From positions 210,490,001 through 210,554,000 of the forward strand of contig OZ024740.1 of NCBI GenBank assembly GCA_964016885.1: 64,000 bases of DNA. The letters run 5' to 3'. Positions 51,729 to 64,000 of the stretch are shown in pieces; the first letter of the stretch is position 1; every line of letters begins with the position of its first letter. Source of the stretch: Eledone cirrhosa (Eukaryota). The translations under genes were made by a program, and so were the position numbers. The notes beneath the pieces are model-generated. The model saw nothing but the letters and a program-made list of their open reading frames with translations. It had not been told where the DNA came from and did no database searches.

Positions 51729-52160
51729 TTAACCCTTTAGCATTTAAACCGGTCATATCCGGCCAGAATACTCTCACCTATTTCTGTTCAAACTGGCTGT
51801 AATCGGCCACCCATACTAATGTTAAGGTATTGTTCTCAAAATAAAAAAATATCAAAATCTCATAGATTCAATATTATGTGAGATAAAGCCTTTACCACAA
51901 AAATACAATAGTAAATATAGATTAATGTAAATGCTTAACCCTTTAATGTTCAAACCGGCCAAAACCGGCCAGAATTCTCTACCTCTTTCTGTTGAAACTG
52001 GCTGTAACTGGTCACTCAAACTGATGTTAAGGTATTGTCCTCAAAATAAATACTTTCAAAATCTCACATTCGATATTATGTGAGGTAATTATCTGAGCTA
52101 AAGTCTTTACCATGAAAATACAATAGTATATATAGAGTAATGTGAATGGTAAATGGTTAA
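51729..52160. mobile_element. Two tandem piggyBac-type MITE copies
   Basis: ttaaccctttagcattt at 51729 and ttaaccctttaatgtt at ~51935; homologous to 9326-9527. Confidence 0.68.
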
Positions 52161-52169
52161 TCTATTGAG

Positions 52170-52678
52170 AGAGAGAGATTTAGGGGGGGGGGGGTCAGTA
52201 TGTAGGGAAGGGAGAGATTTAGTAGAGGGGAGGGTAGGTGTGTCAGTATGTAGGGGAGGGAGAGATTTAGTAGAGGAGAGGGTAGGTGTGTCAGTATGTA
52301 GGGGAGAGAGAGAGATTTAGGGGGTAGGTGTGTCAGTATGTAGGGGAGGGAGAGAGAGAGAGAGAGATTTAGGGGGTAAGTGTGTCAGTATGTAGGGGAG
52401 GGAGAGAGAGAGATTTAGGGGGTAGGTGTGTCAGTATGTAGGGGAGAGAGAGAGAGAGAGAGAGATTTAGGGGGTAGGTGTGTCAGTATGTAGGGGAGGG
52501 AGAGAGAGAGAGATTTAGGGGTTAGGTGTGTCAGTATGTAGGGGAGGGAGAGAGAGAGATTTAGGGGGTAGGTGTGTCAGTATGTAGGGGAGGGAGAGAG
52601 ATATTTAGGGGGTAGGTGTGTCAGTATGTAGGGGAGGGAGAGAGAGAGATTTAGGGGTAGGTGTGTCAGTATGTAGGG

Positions 52679-52716
<38 letters not shown>

Positions 52717-52795
52717 TTTAGGGGGTAGGTGTATCAGTATGTAGGGGAGGGAGAGGGAGAGAGAGAGATTTAGGGGGTAGGAAGTGTGTCAGTGT
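52170..52795. repeat. ~45-bp G-rich minisatellite with variable (GA)n
   Basis: Repeating gatttagggggtaggtgtgtcagtatgtaggggaggg(ag)n. Confidence 0.9.
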
Positions 52796-53719
52796 AAGTG
52801 GGGAAGAGAGAAAGATTTAGGTGGGGAGAGTACTGATATTAAAGGGTATGAGGTACATAAGAGTAGGATAGATGGAGAGAGAGAGGGAAAGAGAGAAAAG
52901 ATAAGAGGTATGTTAGTATAGGGGAGGTTTGGGTAGGAGGTGGTATGGTAAATGTTCCTATAGTAATTACTAATCAAGGATATGTAGTTGATTGACTTGC
53001 CACATGTAGCCTTCCCTTTACCCAACACCCTCCCGCATGTAGCAGAGGAAGGATGGGTGGAGGAAAGGAGGGGAGAGATTATCTCTAGTGAAGAGAAAAA
53101 CAACAAACCCCCTTTATACTTCCACAAAACAAAACCACCAACAACAACACCACACCCACCACCAACAACAACAAAACCACCACCACCAACAACACCACAC
53201 CCACCACCAACAGCAACAACACCACCACCAACACCACACCCACCACCAACAGCAACAACACCACACCCACCACCAACAGCAACAACAAAACCACCACCAT
53301 CACCAACATGACCATAGCAGCCAATACACACACACAAACAAATACACACATACAGATACAAACAGTAACACCAATATTACCTCCTCCTCCAACAATTTGT
53401 ATGTTACAGACACACACACACAGCACACACACACACAGACACAGAGATATTGGTAGAAAACTGCACATATACCTCACAGCTGATTATGGACAACAGCAGT
53501 ATCAGAAACATCAGGGTTAGCCTCTACAAGGTCCCTGCTAGAAATAACAGACAAATTCCTCTCAAATTACAGCATTCTGCTGCTTTGAAGAAAGTGTCAC
53601 ATTGGATAATGTAGTCCTAGATACACAAGGCTTCAAAGAAGGATGGGGATGGTCACCGCAAACATGTTTGATCATAGTTCTGCTTAATTAGGGCTGATTA
53701 GGGGCTCAACAACAACAAC

Positions 53720-54135
53720 AGTAACAAAGATGATATCTAATTTAGGCATGAGGCCAATAATTCGTGGGGAACGGCAATTACATCAACCCCAGTACATTAC
53801 TGGTACTATACTTTATGGAACCCAGAGGGATAAAAGGCAAAGTTGACCTTGGTAGGATTTGAACTCAGAACATAATTGTTTCTACTTTAGGCACAAGGCC
53901 AGCAATTACTCAGTACATTACTGGTACTTTATTTTATCGACCCCGTAAGGATGAAAGGCAAAGTTAACCTCGGCGGGATTTGAACTCAGAATGGCAAGGG
54001 CCGTAACTCTATACGTCAAAGCATAGCGTCCGACCCTCTACCGATACTGCCAATCCACGGGTTTTAACTAAATAATTGTTTCTACTTTTGGCACAAGGCC
54101 AGCAATTACCCAGTACATTACTGGTACTTTATTTT
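53720..54135 (-). mobile_element. Cluster of nested/stacked SINE family A copies
   Basis: Young copy at 53873-54058 between an older partial copy and a second tail at 54072. Confidence 0.8.
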
Positions 54136-55029
54136 ATGGTCATGCAAAGTATTTTGTCCCATGCTCTAATGATTCTGCCAACAACAAAGTTGTTTCCAAT
54201 CTCACCTCCCTCATACCCTTGGGTGGAGGTAGAGCAGAGTGAATAGAATGTGTAACTAATGATATATTGATGAGGGGTAGAAGGGGGAGGATTTGATAGA
54301 ACAGTGAAAAGGGAAGGAGGGAGAGGTGTGAGGGAGCAGAGAGAGAACAGAGGGTGGGGGACAGGAAATGGGGGTGGAGGGAGAGGGAAGCTTTATATAA
54401 ATATATTGCAGATGTGTAATATTAGTGTGCATGGTATGAATGGCGGTGGAGCATAGATGAACAGAGTGAAAAAAAAACTGAATAGAAGAGAAATCAGATG
54501 TAGTGAGCATGAGAGAAGACTGAGCTGGTACAGACATGTGGTTGAATAAAGCAGAAGTGAGATGTAGTGAGCATGGGAGAAGACTGAGCTGGTATAGACA
54601 TGATTACATATGGATGATGACAGGTAACAAAACACCAAGAGATCCAAGTGGATGGAACCTGTAGAAGCTGTTAAGGCTTACCCCAACATAAGTTTAGCAA
54701 ACCACTTCCTATGAAGTTGCATCTCAGGAGAGTTCTTTGGTGTTTCAACGATAAGGACCTCTGTCATATCATACCATCATTTCCCCAGTGATCAGAGCTA
54801 TGATTTGAACTTAAGCACAGAGCCATACTAGATACCACAAGGCACCCTGTCCGACGCTCTAACAATTCCACAAAAAGGATATACGACAAAGTTGCAAAGT
54901 TGTTGCAGAATGCCAGAACAAATACCACAAGGTACTTTAATCTGATGCTCTTGAGAGGCTGAACTTTATGAGAGAAATGACAAACACTACAACAAATGCC
55001 AAGACACTGTACATGAAGACCCATTCAAT

Positions 55030-55093
55030 ATGGTATACATATCATATATCATATATCCAAAAATGGATATATGATATATGATATGTATACCAT
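55030..55093. repeat. Perfect palindrome: 30-bp arms, 4-nt loop
   Basis: atggtatacatatcatatatcatatatcca-aaaa-tggatatatgatatatgatatgtataccat. Confidence 0.95.
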
Positions 55094-55583
55094 ATTACTA
55101 AAATACAGCAACAAACAACTATACAAGCTATCGGTCCCTTCACTGATCAATCAAATCATCCTCCTTCAGCCCAAATTCGCCCACACATCTAGCACACGTG
55201 TATAAATCTAGAACACATGTATATATAAATAGAACGTGTGTACACAACATATTTATACACCATCATATACTATGTGTCACTCTATTTAAGTATATCTGTA
55301 TATCTATCTATCTATCTCGGAGAAGATAGACGTGTTTTTGTTTCGCTCCTGCATTTTGTTGGAATTTATTACGAGAAGCGGTAGGTCTGTTTAAGCTACT
55401 TGTTATTTGTTGTGTTTAACCCCTTGCCTGGGCCTGCAGACGTTGGGTAAAATAAATTTCGCCCCAAAAAGAGGGTAAATATATTTTGATTAATTTATTT
55501 TGATAATTTTCGAAATTAATTTGATAGTTATAAGTTATCGATAAAAAGTCGTTTAGTGACAATGGACACCATTAACACGACGC

Positions 55584-56969
55584 ATGCCCCCCCCCCCCAA
55601 GGAAAGTGATAGAGAGAAGGTAGCAGCACAACACTGTAAGCCTTCCCTTCTCACTCCCGCAAAAGACACCACGGAATCAAAAAAAAAAATTGTGGAAATG
55701 GGTGAAAACCCCAAAAGTAACAATTACATAAACAAGAACAACAATGACAATAACAACACAACCAACAACAGCAACAATGACAATAACAACACAACCAACA
55801 ACAGCAACAATGACAATAACAACACAACCAATGACAACACCAACAAAGGAAAAAAGCAAGCCAACACGAATAACAACAACAATGATAACAACACTAAAGA
55901 AAACGGACCCACAGCTGCAGTCTCCTTCGCACATGCGGTCCGAGAAACGCAGACATACAAAGCACTGGACATCTTGAATGCCAAGAAATTGCTGAAAGAA
56001 GCAAGGAATTGTGTAAGTTTTGGGGAAGGTGGGGAATTCACAATTACCTCCCCCAAAGAAATTAGAAGGGATACAGTCCTCAGGACCGTAATTTTTAGGA
56101 CAGTTTCGAACACGACTAGGAAACCGGCTCAATTGTCCCAAAGCGAAATTGAGCTGGTCCTAAGTAGTGCCTGGAAGGATATCGCTTTCATACAGAAAGG
56201 GAAACTGTATGGAAGCATATCTGTTTTAATGCAAGATGAATTGGCGGCACGGAAATATTCTGTGTCGCCAATTGTATCCAAAGCATACACCTTTTTCCCC
56301 ACATATTTGGGGAAAAGAACTCAAAAGATAAGAATCTCGGGCATCAGGCCAAATGCGAGCATTTGGTGGGTGCTAACAGGATTCTTAGAAGATGAGGACA
56401 CAATCCTTTCGATAGGCGAATCCACCGGGGGCGTATTCGGCAGCAATAGCCTTGAAGTTCTGGTCCAAATGAGACCAGAACGGATAGCAAGAATACCGCA
56501 GCGTGTGTTCCTGGATAGAGTCGCCTTCATAAACATTTCTGGGCATACGGCTTTCATGCTACCACTGTTCAAGAAGTGGTCACCTGAGGGCTTCCTGTCC
56601 CCTTTTAAATGCCCCCCCCCCCCAAAGACGCTTCTGCCCACCCCACACACAACACAACCACCACCACCACCACCACCACCACAACAAAACGAAAAAATAA
56701 CAACACAAGACACTGTCCCACCCAACCCCTCCTTATCTAAAACAAATACAAAAGCAACCACAACAAACCCCCAAAATATACCTCTCCCCAACAACACGGA
56801 CGAGGACCCCTTATCAACGTCACCCAGTGACGACGAGGGAGAACCTTTTCAACCGGTAAAAAGAAAGAAAAGAAGGCACCACATCAACAAAAATGCAACA
56901 AACACACAACCACCAGCACAAACAGAACAAACATCACAAACAAAAAACCCATCCCTCCCGAAAACATAA
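55584..56969 (+). pseudogene. Tx1-like ORF1 (gag-like), frameshifted
   Basis: SFAHAV motif and low-complexity flanks; zinc knuckle CYHCSRSGHLRASC (CX2CX4HX4C) at 56557-56598 lies in a different frame from the tracked ORF. Confidence 0.8.
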
Positions 56970-57411
56970 CACATACTACAAAACGCAAACACACACAAGA
57001 ACAACAAACAAACAAAAACAGTATACATACATCAACACAAACAACAAAACACTTGTGTAAACAATAGACAAAGACCCTTCGGTGGAAGCCGAAGGGAAAA
57101 TGTTCACCAACGTGGCGACTAAACCGCATTTAAAAATGATTAGGGTCCCAAGGGACACCTACGCAATGCTCAAACAGAACTTTGCCGAGGACGTGGGGAA
57201 CCCCTGTACTAGACCTAGCAACCGCGTCCTCTTGAAATGTTTCCCCACCACCACCCCAGACACCCCCACACTGATGTCCCAACCACATCCCAAACCACCA
57301 CCCCACCAAACAACCCCGCCAACACAATGGAAATTGTGCAGCCTGGTCCCCAGAAAAAGGACAGGTAGGTGTCTTTTCCTTTTTCTCCACTCTAAACTCT
57401 TCACCACCAAC

Positions 57412-58503
57412 ATGGATGTTATAAGAGTTGGATGTTTAAATGTGCGCGGCCTGGGGATGTCCTGGAAGCAGGGCAAACTCTTAAATGACCTCAGGTCGCA
57501 CAGAATGGATGTGATAGCTATTTGTGAGTCCAGGATCAGCAGCGAGCACCAACTGGCCCCCATCTTCGACGATTTTGAGATCTATGCATCTCTTTGTCAG
57601 CCGGGGAGTGGGGGCGGAGTCGTCGTTCTGCTGCGAAAACAGCTGGGCCTCGCAACACAGAAAGTATACCTGGACCCGGAGGGTCGACTTGTGGTTCTAG
57701 ACGTCGGCAGTAGAGAAGGTGGAGCCTTCAGGCTGGTGGCAGCCTATGCCCCATCTGGGATACCGCGACTGGACTTCTTCCAGCGCCTAGAGAATTTTCT
57801 GGGAACGTCTCGCTCCTTGTTTTCAGTGGGGGACTGGAATGGTATCCTGGATGCACGTTGGGACTATGTAGGGGCATGTCCCGATAGAGGGGGGTGTAAC
57901 AGCCTCAAACGGTTAATCGGCCGATTTGATCTGGCCGATAGATATCGACTAGATTTTCCGACTGTGCCACTGTGGACGTGGACTAATCGCAGCGGAACAT
58001 CTAGGTTGTACCTAGATAGGCTCCTAGTTAGAAATAAGGATAGGGACATATTAAGCTGTCCACGAATGTTATGGTTGTATTCGGATCACAAGTTGGTGAC
58101 CGGAGTGGTCAACCTTGATAGAACTCATAGACAAGGACCCGGTTACTGGAAGCTAAACTTGTCCTTACCGACAAACAAAGCTTACAGTAAGCGGATTAGC
58201 ACTCTAGTTAAGCAGTGGTTGACGGGGGCAATTGTCAACAGCAGGTGGTGGGGCTCTCTCAAGAGAGAAATTAGAATAGAATCGATAGGTTTTAGTCAGG
58301 AATTAACATCAGATAGGAATAGAACTGAAAGGGAATTGATAGATAGAGTAGAAGAGGCGATTAGGAGTGGCAACGTGGTCGGTGTGCTAGCGTCAAGAAC
58401 GGCCCTAGATCAGTTCTTTGACGCGAAGCATGAGGGCTGCGTTGTCAGGAGTAAAATACATGCTCTGGGTAATGAGGGAGCCAAAGCTGTTAGCTGGGTC
58501 TGA
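57412..58503 (+). pseudogene. Tx1/L1-like ORF2 APE endonuclease and tower region, premature stop
   Basis: MDVIRVGCLNVRGL, ICE, AYAP, VGDWN, LDR, SDH and WKLN motifs; TGA at 58501; coding-like sequence ends at ~58600. Confidence 0.9.
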
Positions 58504-59134
58504 GTGACAGAGGCAAAAAGTGGAAACAAGTCCACGATTCGGTCTTTGAAGAATGGACGTGTGATCCTTGAACCTGAGCGGATGTGCGTGGCTTTTCCTG
58601 TTATGAATCTAGATTCCTTGTAGTTTATATAAGATTGGTATTTCTCACTACTACCCTTATCCCAAAATTTTACTTTCCTTCGTTTTTAACAACACTCTTT
58701 AATAACATCTAATTCTTATTTATCACATTCATATGAATTAATATAAATTTATCCCTATAAAGTATACCTATCAATTAATTTAATTTCTTGTTATAGATCT
58801 AGATTCCTTGTGGTTTAAATAAGATTGGTATTTCTCACTAATACCCCTACCCTAAAATTTTATTTTCCTTCGTTTTTAACATTATTCTTTAATAACATCA
58901 AATTTTCATGTACCCTTCACTGGCTTGGCCTCTTTTCATCCCCAAAGTATTCTTTTCATTCAAAGTATTCTTTTCATTCAAAACATAAGTCTGCACTCCT
59001 CTACCCCTAAATTAAATTTCTACTACCACTATTCTATCAACTTGACCTCTACTTTTCTATTGGTCAATTCAAAACCTGTTCCCAAACAGACCTTTTATAT
59101 TAAATCTTTGTTGGTTTTTTTCAATAAACAAATC

Positions 59135-59270
59135 TCATCATTTCTGAAGACAGCATGTATATGTGCAGGTATGTATATTTCCTCTGATAATTTGCAATAT
59201 TTTTACATAGATCTATATGATATACATACCAACACGCATATACATCCTAGAAACGATCGTAAAATGATGA
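59135..59270 (+). ncRNA. Minimal type I hammerhead ribozyme motif with ~99-nt stem II rod
   Basis: Stem I tcatcattt/aaatgatga (9 bp); CTGAAGA 59144-59150; stem II atgtatatgtg/cgcatatacat plus inner ggtatgtatat/atatacatacc; GAAA 59250-59253; palindromic stem III CGATCG; GUA triplet. Confidence 0.82.
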
Positions 59271-59445
59271 ATTTTTTAATATAAAGAACTTGTTCTTTGT
59301 TTTTATTTCATTGTTTTTATTAATTTATCTTGACTGTTTTCCGAGGATTTTTCATTGAAAATTTTTGAATGCATTTCATGATATTTGGATTACATTGAGT
59401 TCTTCATACGGATTGGACACTACCGTATATTTTGGTAGATTTATC

Positions 59446-59485
<40 letters not shown>

Positions 59486-60059
59486 TATATGATGGCTGCA
59501 AACTCTGTTAAGAGTATTGCAATCGTTTGTCAGATTATAGAGTTTGGTGCACTTTTAGGCTACGGCCAGCCACACAAACCTGTAACATATCCTGAAGAAG
59601 CAATGCCTATGCTTTGAAGGTTTTTTTAAATGGGCAAAGGCCTTGCACTCGACCAATCCCACCCTCTGAGTATCGAAAACACTACCTGAAAAGGAGAACT
59701 GGTCAACATCATCGGATGCTTCCGAGCCGCAAGGTTTTTTTTTCAGAGTTTTTTATGGAGGCCTTTCACTCCCAGGAGGAAAAGAAAAATACTATTTGGA
59801 TGATCGTTGACTCTGCTGAGTTCCTCCACCCTTTGTCTGGGTGTCCAAATATGACCCTCCTCACAAAGCTAGCTTGGTGGGGTTGCTTATTTAGTCACCG
59901 ACGACCCGACCATGAGACAGGTTGTACTGGGTTACATGTTACCAGTAGCACTCGAGAGCGACCTGACATAAGGAATACAAACAATCAATCAAGTTCCTAG
60001 TTCAGTCATTCACTGCGGTACCACTCTAGATGTTTTACTGTCTCGCCATGGCATCAGAA

Positions 60060-60317
60060 TGGAATGTTTAATCGGTTCAACGCCTTCTGCGTTCAAAAAC
60101 CAAATAACTGTGCGAACTTCGCACTTGGCGGTAGCATTCAACGGGAGCTCCATTCTCAACGGCTGCCAAGCCAAGATTGAGCATCCCAGCAAAGCACGCG
60201 CATGCTTGTTTGGGAGTGAAGGAAGCACCAATCACAACAGTGTTGCCAACAGCCGTACGAACAGTTTCTCTGCTTCCCCATCGCTTTGGAGACCTTACTT
60301 TTGGGATTGCCCTCGTA
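60060..60317 (-). mobile_element. Mariner transposon 5' remnant
   Basis: TIR tacgagggcaatcccaaaagtaaggtc and N-terminal helix-turn-helix start MELPLNATAKCEVRTVIWFLNAEGVEPI. Confidence 0.75.
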
Positions 60318-60924
60318 GATATATATATATATATATAGATAGAAAGATAGCTAGATAGATAGATAGAGAGAGAGAGATTTCATCTTATTTTATGCCCATT
60401 TTTCAATACTTATATCAAATAAAAGACTGCCTAGATAGAGGTTGGAATAGTGAATGTGACTTAGCCGCAGATTAGCTCTGATTGAACAGATCAATAGATC
60501 AAAGGTATCGCAGTTGTGATCATCTCAACTTATAACAAGAGATGGTGATTTGAGGGAGACTTGTTTACTATTTCTAGCAGGTTGAATGAGCTTATACACT
60601 CTGACTCAGTGTGGTGGTGGTTGTAGTTGTGATGATGGTGGTGGTAGTTGTGATAATGGTGGTTGTGGTAGTGTTAGTGGTGGTGATGAAAAGAGTAGAG
60701 GTAGGAGCGAATAGATTCCACAGTTGTGAGTCAGTGGAAGATGGAGAGACAAAGAGAGAGAGACACTGTGAGAGGTAAAAGTTGAGAGATGGAGGGGGAA
60801 GAGAGAGCGGTAAAAGAAGTTGAGAGAGAGAGAGAGAGAGAGAGGAAGAGGGGGGAGGGGAAGAGGGACAAATCATGAGAAATCAGTGTAGTATTTAATG
60901 GTTACAAGTTGTGTTGGTAAAAAG

Positions 60925-62690
60925 ACAGATATATAGTTTGTTGTGAGACAGACAGATAGATATATAGTTTGTTGTGAGATAGACAGATAGATATATAGTT
61001 TGTTGTGAGAAAGATAGATAGATATATAGTTTGTTGAGAGATAGACAGATAGATATATAGTTTGTTGTGAGAAAGACAGATAGATATATAGTTTGTTGTG
61101 AGATATACAGATAGATATATAGTTTGTTGAGAGATAGATAGACAGATATATAGTTTGTTGTGAGACAGACAGATAGATATATAGTTTGTTGTGAGATAGA
61201 CAGATAGATATATAGTTTGTTGTGAGATAGACAGATAGATATATAGTTTGTTGTGAGAAAGATAGATAGATATACAGTTTGTTGTGAGATAGATATATAG
61301 ATATATAGTTTGTTGTGAGATAGACAGATAGATATATAGTTTGTTGTGAGAAAGATAGATAGATATACAGTTTGTTGTGAGATAGATATATAGATATATA
61401 GTTTGTTGTGAGATAGACAGATAGATATACAGTTTGTTGTGAGATAGATAGATAGATATATAGTTTGTTGAGAGATAGACAGATAGATATATAGTTTGTT
61501 GTGAGAAAGATAGATAGATATACAGTTTGTTGTGAGATAGATATATAGATATATAGTTTGTTGTGAGATAGACCGATAGATATATAGTTTATTGTGAGAT
61601 AGACAGATATATATATAGTTTGTTGAGAGATAGACAGATAGATATATAGTTTATTGAGAGATAGACAGATAGATATATAGTTTGTTGAGAGAGATAGATA
61701 GATATATAGTTTATTGAGAGATAGACAGATAGATATATAGTTTGTTGAGAGATAGACAGATATATAGTTTGTTGTGAGATAGATAGATAGATATATAGTT
61801 TGTTGTGAGATAGATAGATAGATATATAGTTTGTTGTGAGATAGATAGATAGATATATAGTTTGTTGTGAGATAGATAGATAGATAGATAGATATATAGT
61901 TTGTTGAGAGATAGATAGATAGATATATAGTTTGTTGTGAGATAGATAGATAGATAGATAGATATATAGTTTGTTGTGAGATAGACAGATAGATATATAG
62001 TTTGTTGTGAGATAGACAGATAGATATATAGTTTGTTAAGAGATAGATAGATAGATAGATATATAGTTTGTTGAGAGATAGACAGATAGATATATAGTTT
62101 GTTGTGAGATAGATAGATAGATTTCTTTATTAGCCACAAGGGCGCAACAAGAAAGGGGACAATACAAAGACATGCCGGGGATTTTACATACAGTCGTGTA
62201 AAAAATATAAAAACAAACAATTTCAACAATCGAAATCCCCAATAGGGGGGAGGCGCCACAAATGGGTTGTTTAATACCCCGTCGATAGAACAACCCTCAA
62301 CTCAAGGAGCGTGTTGTGCAAGTGCTCCTTTCTTCCTTTTGCTCTCTTCCTCAACCTACAGGCTTATAAACAGAGAAGGCCCAATCACTCGGGCCATTTT
62401 CGCTTCATTCACCCACCTTTCAGTAAATTTACTGGGGTGCAGTGCCTCTCTCTCCACCCTGATTCTCCTTCTAAAGTGATACTTAAAGAATGGAATCAAT
62501 TGTTGTCCGGAGAGAAAGGCATCTGTCCTCAGTCCTCTCAACCTCGTCCACCATATAACTTCTTTCACTATAGCCACCGTAGATAGATAGATATATAGTT
62601 TGTTGAGAGATAGATAGATAGATATATAGTTTGTTGAGAGATAGACAGATAGATATATAGTTTGTTGAGAGATAGACAGATAGATATTAT
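60925..62690. repeat. ~31-bp (GATA)-rich minisatellite (tatatagtttgttgtgagatagacagataga)n, interrupted by a Tx1-like fragment
   Basis: Period 31 (60961 and 60992); array resumes at 62581 after the insertion. Confidence 0.93.
62122..62580 (-). mobile_element. 5'-truncated Tx1/L1-like 3' end
   Basis: AIVKEVIWWTRLR...FFKYHFRRRIRVEREAL...FTERW resembles the Tx1 ORF2 C-terminus; 3' UTR has AATAAA just before the junction; (TATC)n at both junctions. Confidence 0.72.
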
Positions 62691-64000
62691 GGCCTTTTGC
62701 AATGGCAGACAAGTATATATATATATAATATATAAGAAGCAAAGAAAATTTCAATGATACGAAAGATTTCCTGGTGGAAGTTCAGGTGTACTCAGGGTTG
62801 GTATCCAGTTTCGGGGTGAAAATCCAACGAATTTTGAGAGGTCCACATAAGCATTGATATATATATGTATGTAAAATGTAAACAGAAATAACAACACATA
62901 TGACTAAAAAATGGCGACAAGGAAGGTCGCTTGACCACGTCTTGACCAAACAAAATATAATATTTTCACCTAAAACTGCCCTTTAAACACATGTCAGATG
63001 GATTACAATATTCATTATTACAATTACTTTCACTGTTCCCTGACAACTAGTACCAGTTTCAAGATAGAATTATCTTAACGAAGTATATATAATTTGACTT
63101 GATTTTCGCCAACGAACCACGTGTGGACATGGACGGGGAAAAAAGGAAAACAAAACAAAACAAATCACTACATCCCTTAAGGATCGCAGTAAGTACTCCA
63201 CAAAACATATAAACAACAATATACACACAGATTTATATACAGATATATACCATATGCATATACACACACACGTGAAAAGAAACCACACTATTGCGTGTGA
63301 GACACTATACCGGCCAATTTTACCAATTTACATTGGTAAAATATTTCTTAACATTGACTTCGCTTCTAACCCACATACACCTTTTAATTATATATATATA
63401 CTAGCAGCTGAAAGTTAATAATTTGAAAAAAAAATATTATTGAAAGTTTACTATAAAGAAGCAGTATCAGGGGAAAAAAAAAACAAAAAAAAAACGTTAT
63501 TCGCTGTTAATAAACAACTGCCTTCTACAGTACGTTTCATTTAACTTACGCAGCATATTTATTTGTTTACATGCACAGACTCTTCTACACACACACAACA
63601 TTTAGGAAAACGGAAACAAAATCCACAAAAAAACAGACATTTTATTTCTATCGTAATCAAGTGCGCTAAACCTATATTGTTTACATTCTGTGTTTTTCTA
63701 CGGATGGGTAGAAATAACAAAATTGCCATGGTGATATCCATCGATGAAATTTGCGACAAAACTGGTCGATGTCCAAAAATAGAACATTGCCCGGAAGATC
63801 ACACCTGCCATATCTATACGGAACCCGAAAACTCGTTCCGTAATCGTTGGGTCGAATGTGGAACCTGTCGCATCTCTGCCTTCAATGCGCCACAGGCTTC
63901 CGGAAGATCCCAGGCCAAAATAAGAAACATCATATTGCTACGAAGGATAGACTCTGGGAGATGGTCCAGCTAACAAACTGGTCCTTTCAGTGCCTGGACT

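Larger units (their letters stand above)
55318..58600 (+). mobile_element. Tx1/L1-clade non-LTR retrotransposon, 5' half (3' truncated)
   Basis: 5' UTR follows (TATC)n; gag-like ORF1 with CCHC knuckle; ORF2 APE endonuclease; no RT present. Confidence 0.88.

Noticed and set aside
59585-59625. CTGAAGA-agca..tgct possible hammerhead
   Set aside because: No GAAA, stem III or stem I partner.

Overview
Repeat-dense eukaryotic genomic DNA, most likely octopus or another coleoid cephalopod (inferred from the tRNA-derived SINE types, RTE LINEs and microsatellite load). Roughly 40% of the window is tandem arrays, and nearly all long ORFs in the supplied track are artefacts of those arrays. The one supportable host gene is missed by the ORF track: three (possibly four) phase-compatible minus-strand exons (27487-27646, 21648-21720, 9712-9821, perhaps 6421-6538) encoding a small single-pass membrane protein. 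Mobile elements include RTE LINE fragments (one with RT and a PHD finger), a Tx1/L1-like element, two SINE families, and mariner and piggyBac-type MITEs. The most notable hidden signal is six type I hammerhead ribozyme motifs with intact cores (22232, 34545, 38458, 40898, 42379, 59135), mostly in AT-rich elements near (TA)n tracts. One lies in a 622-bp partial tandem unit, two related copies show compensatory stem changes, two carry ~95-100 nt stem II insertions, and several long palindromes are centred on decayed hammerhead cores, consistent with Penelope-like or retrozyme elements. Other highlights: both Tx1-like pieces sit in (TATC)n, and several satellites were seeded from transposon sequence. 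All analysis was by eye; no database searches or folding programs were run.
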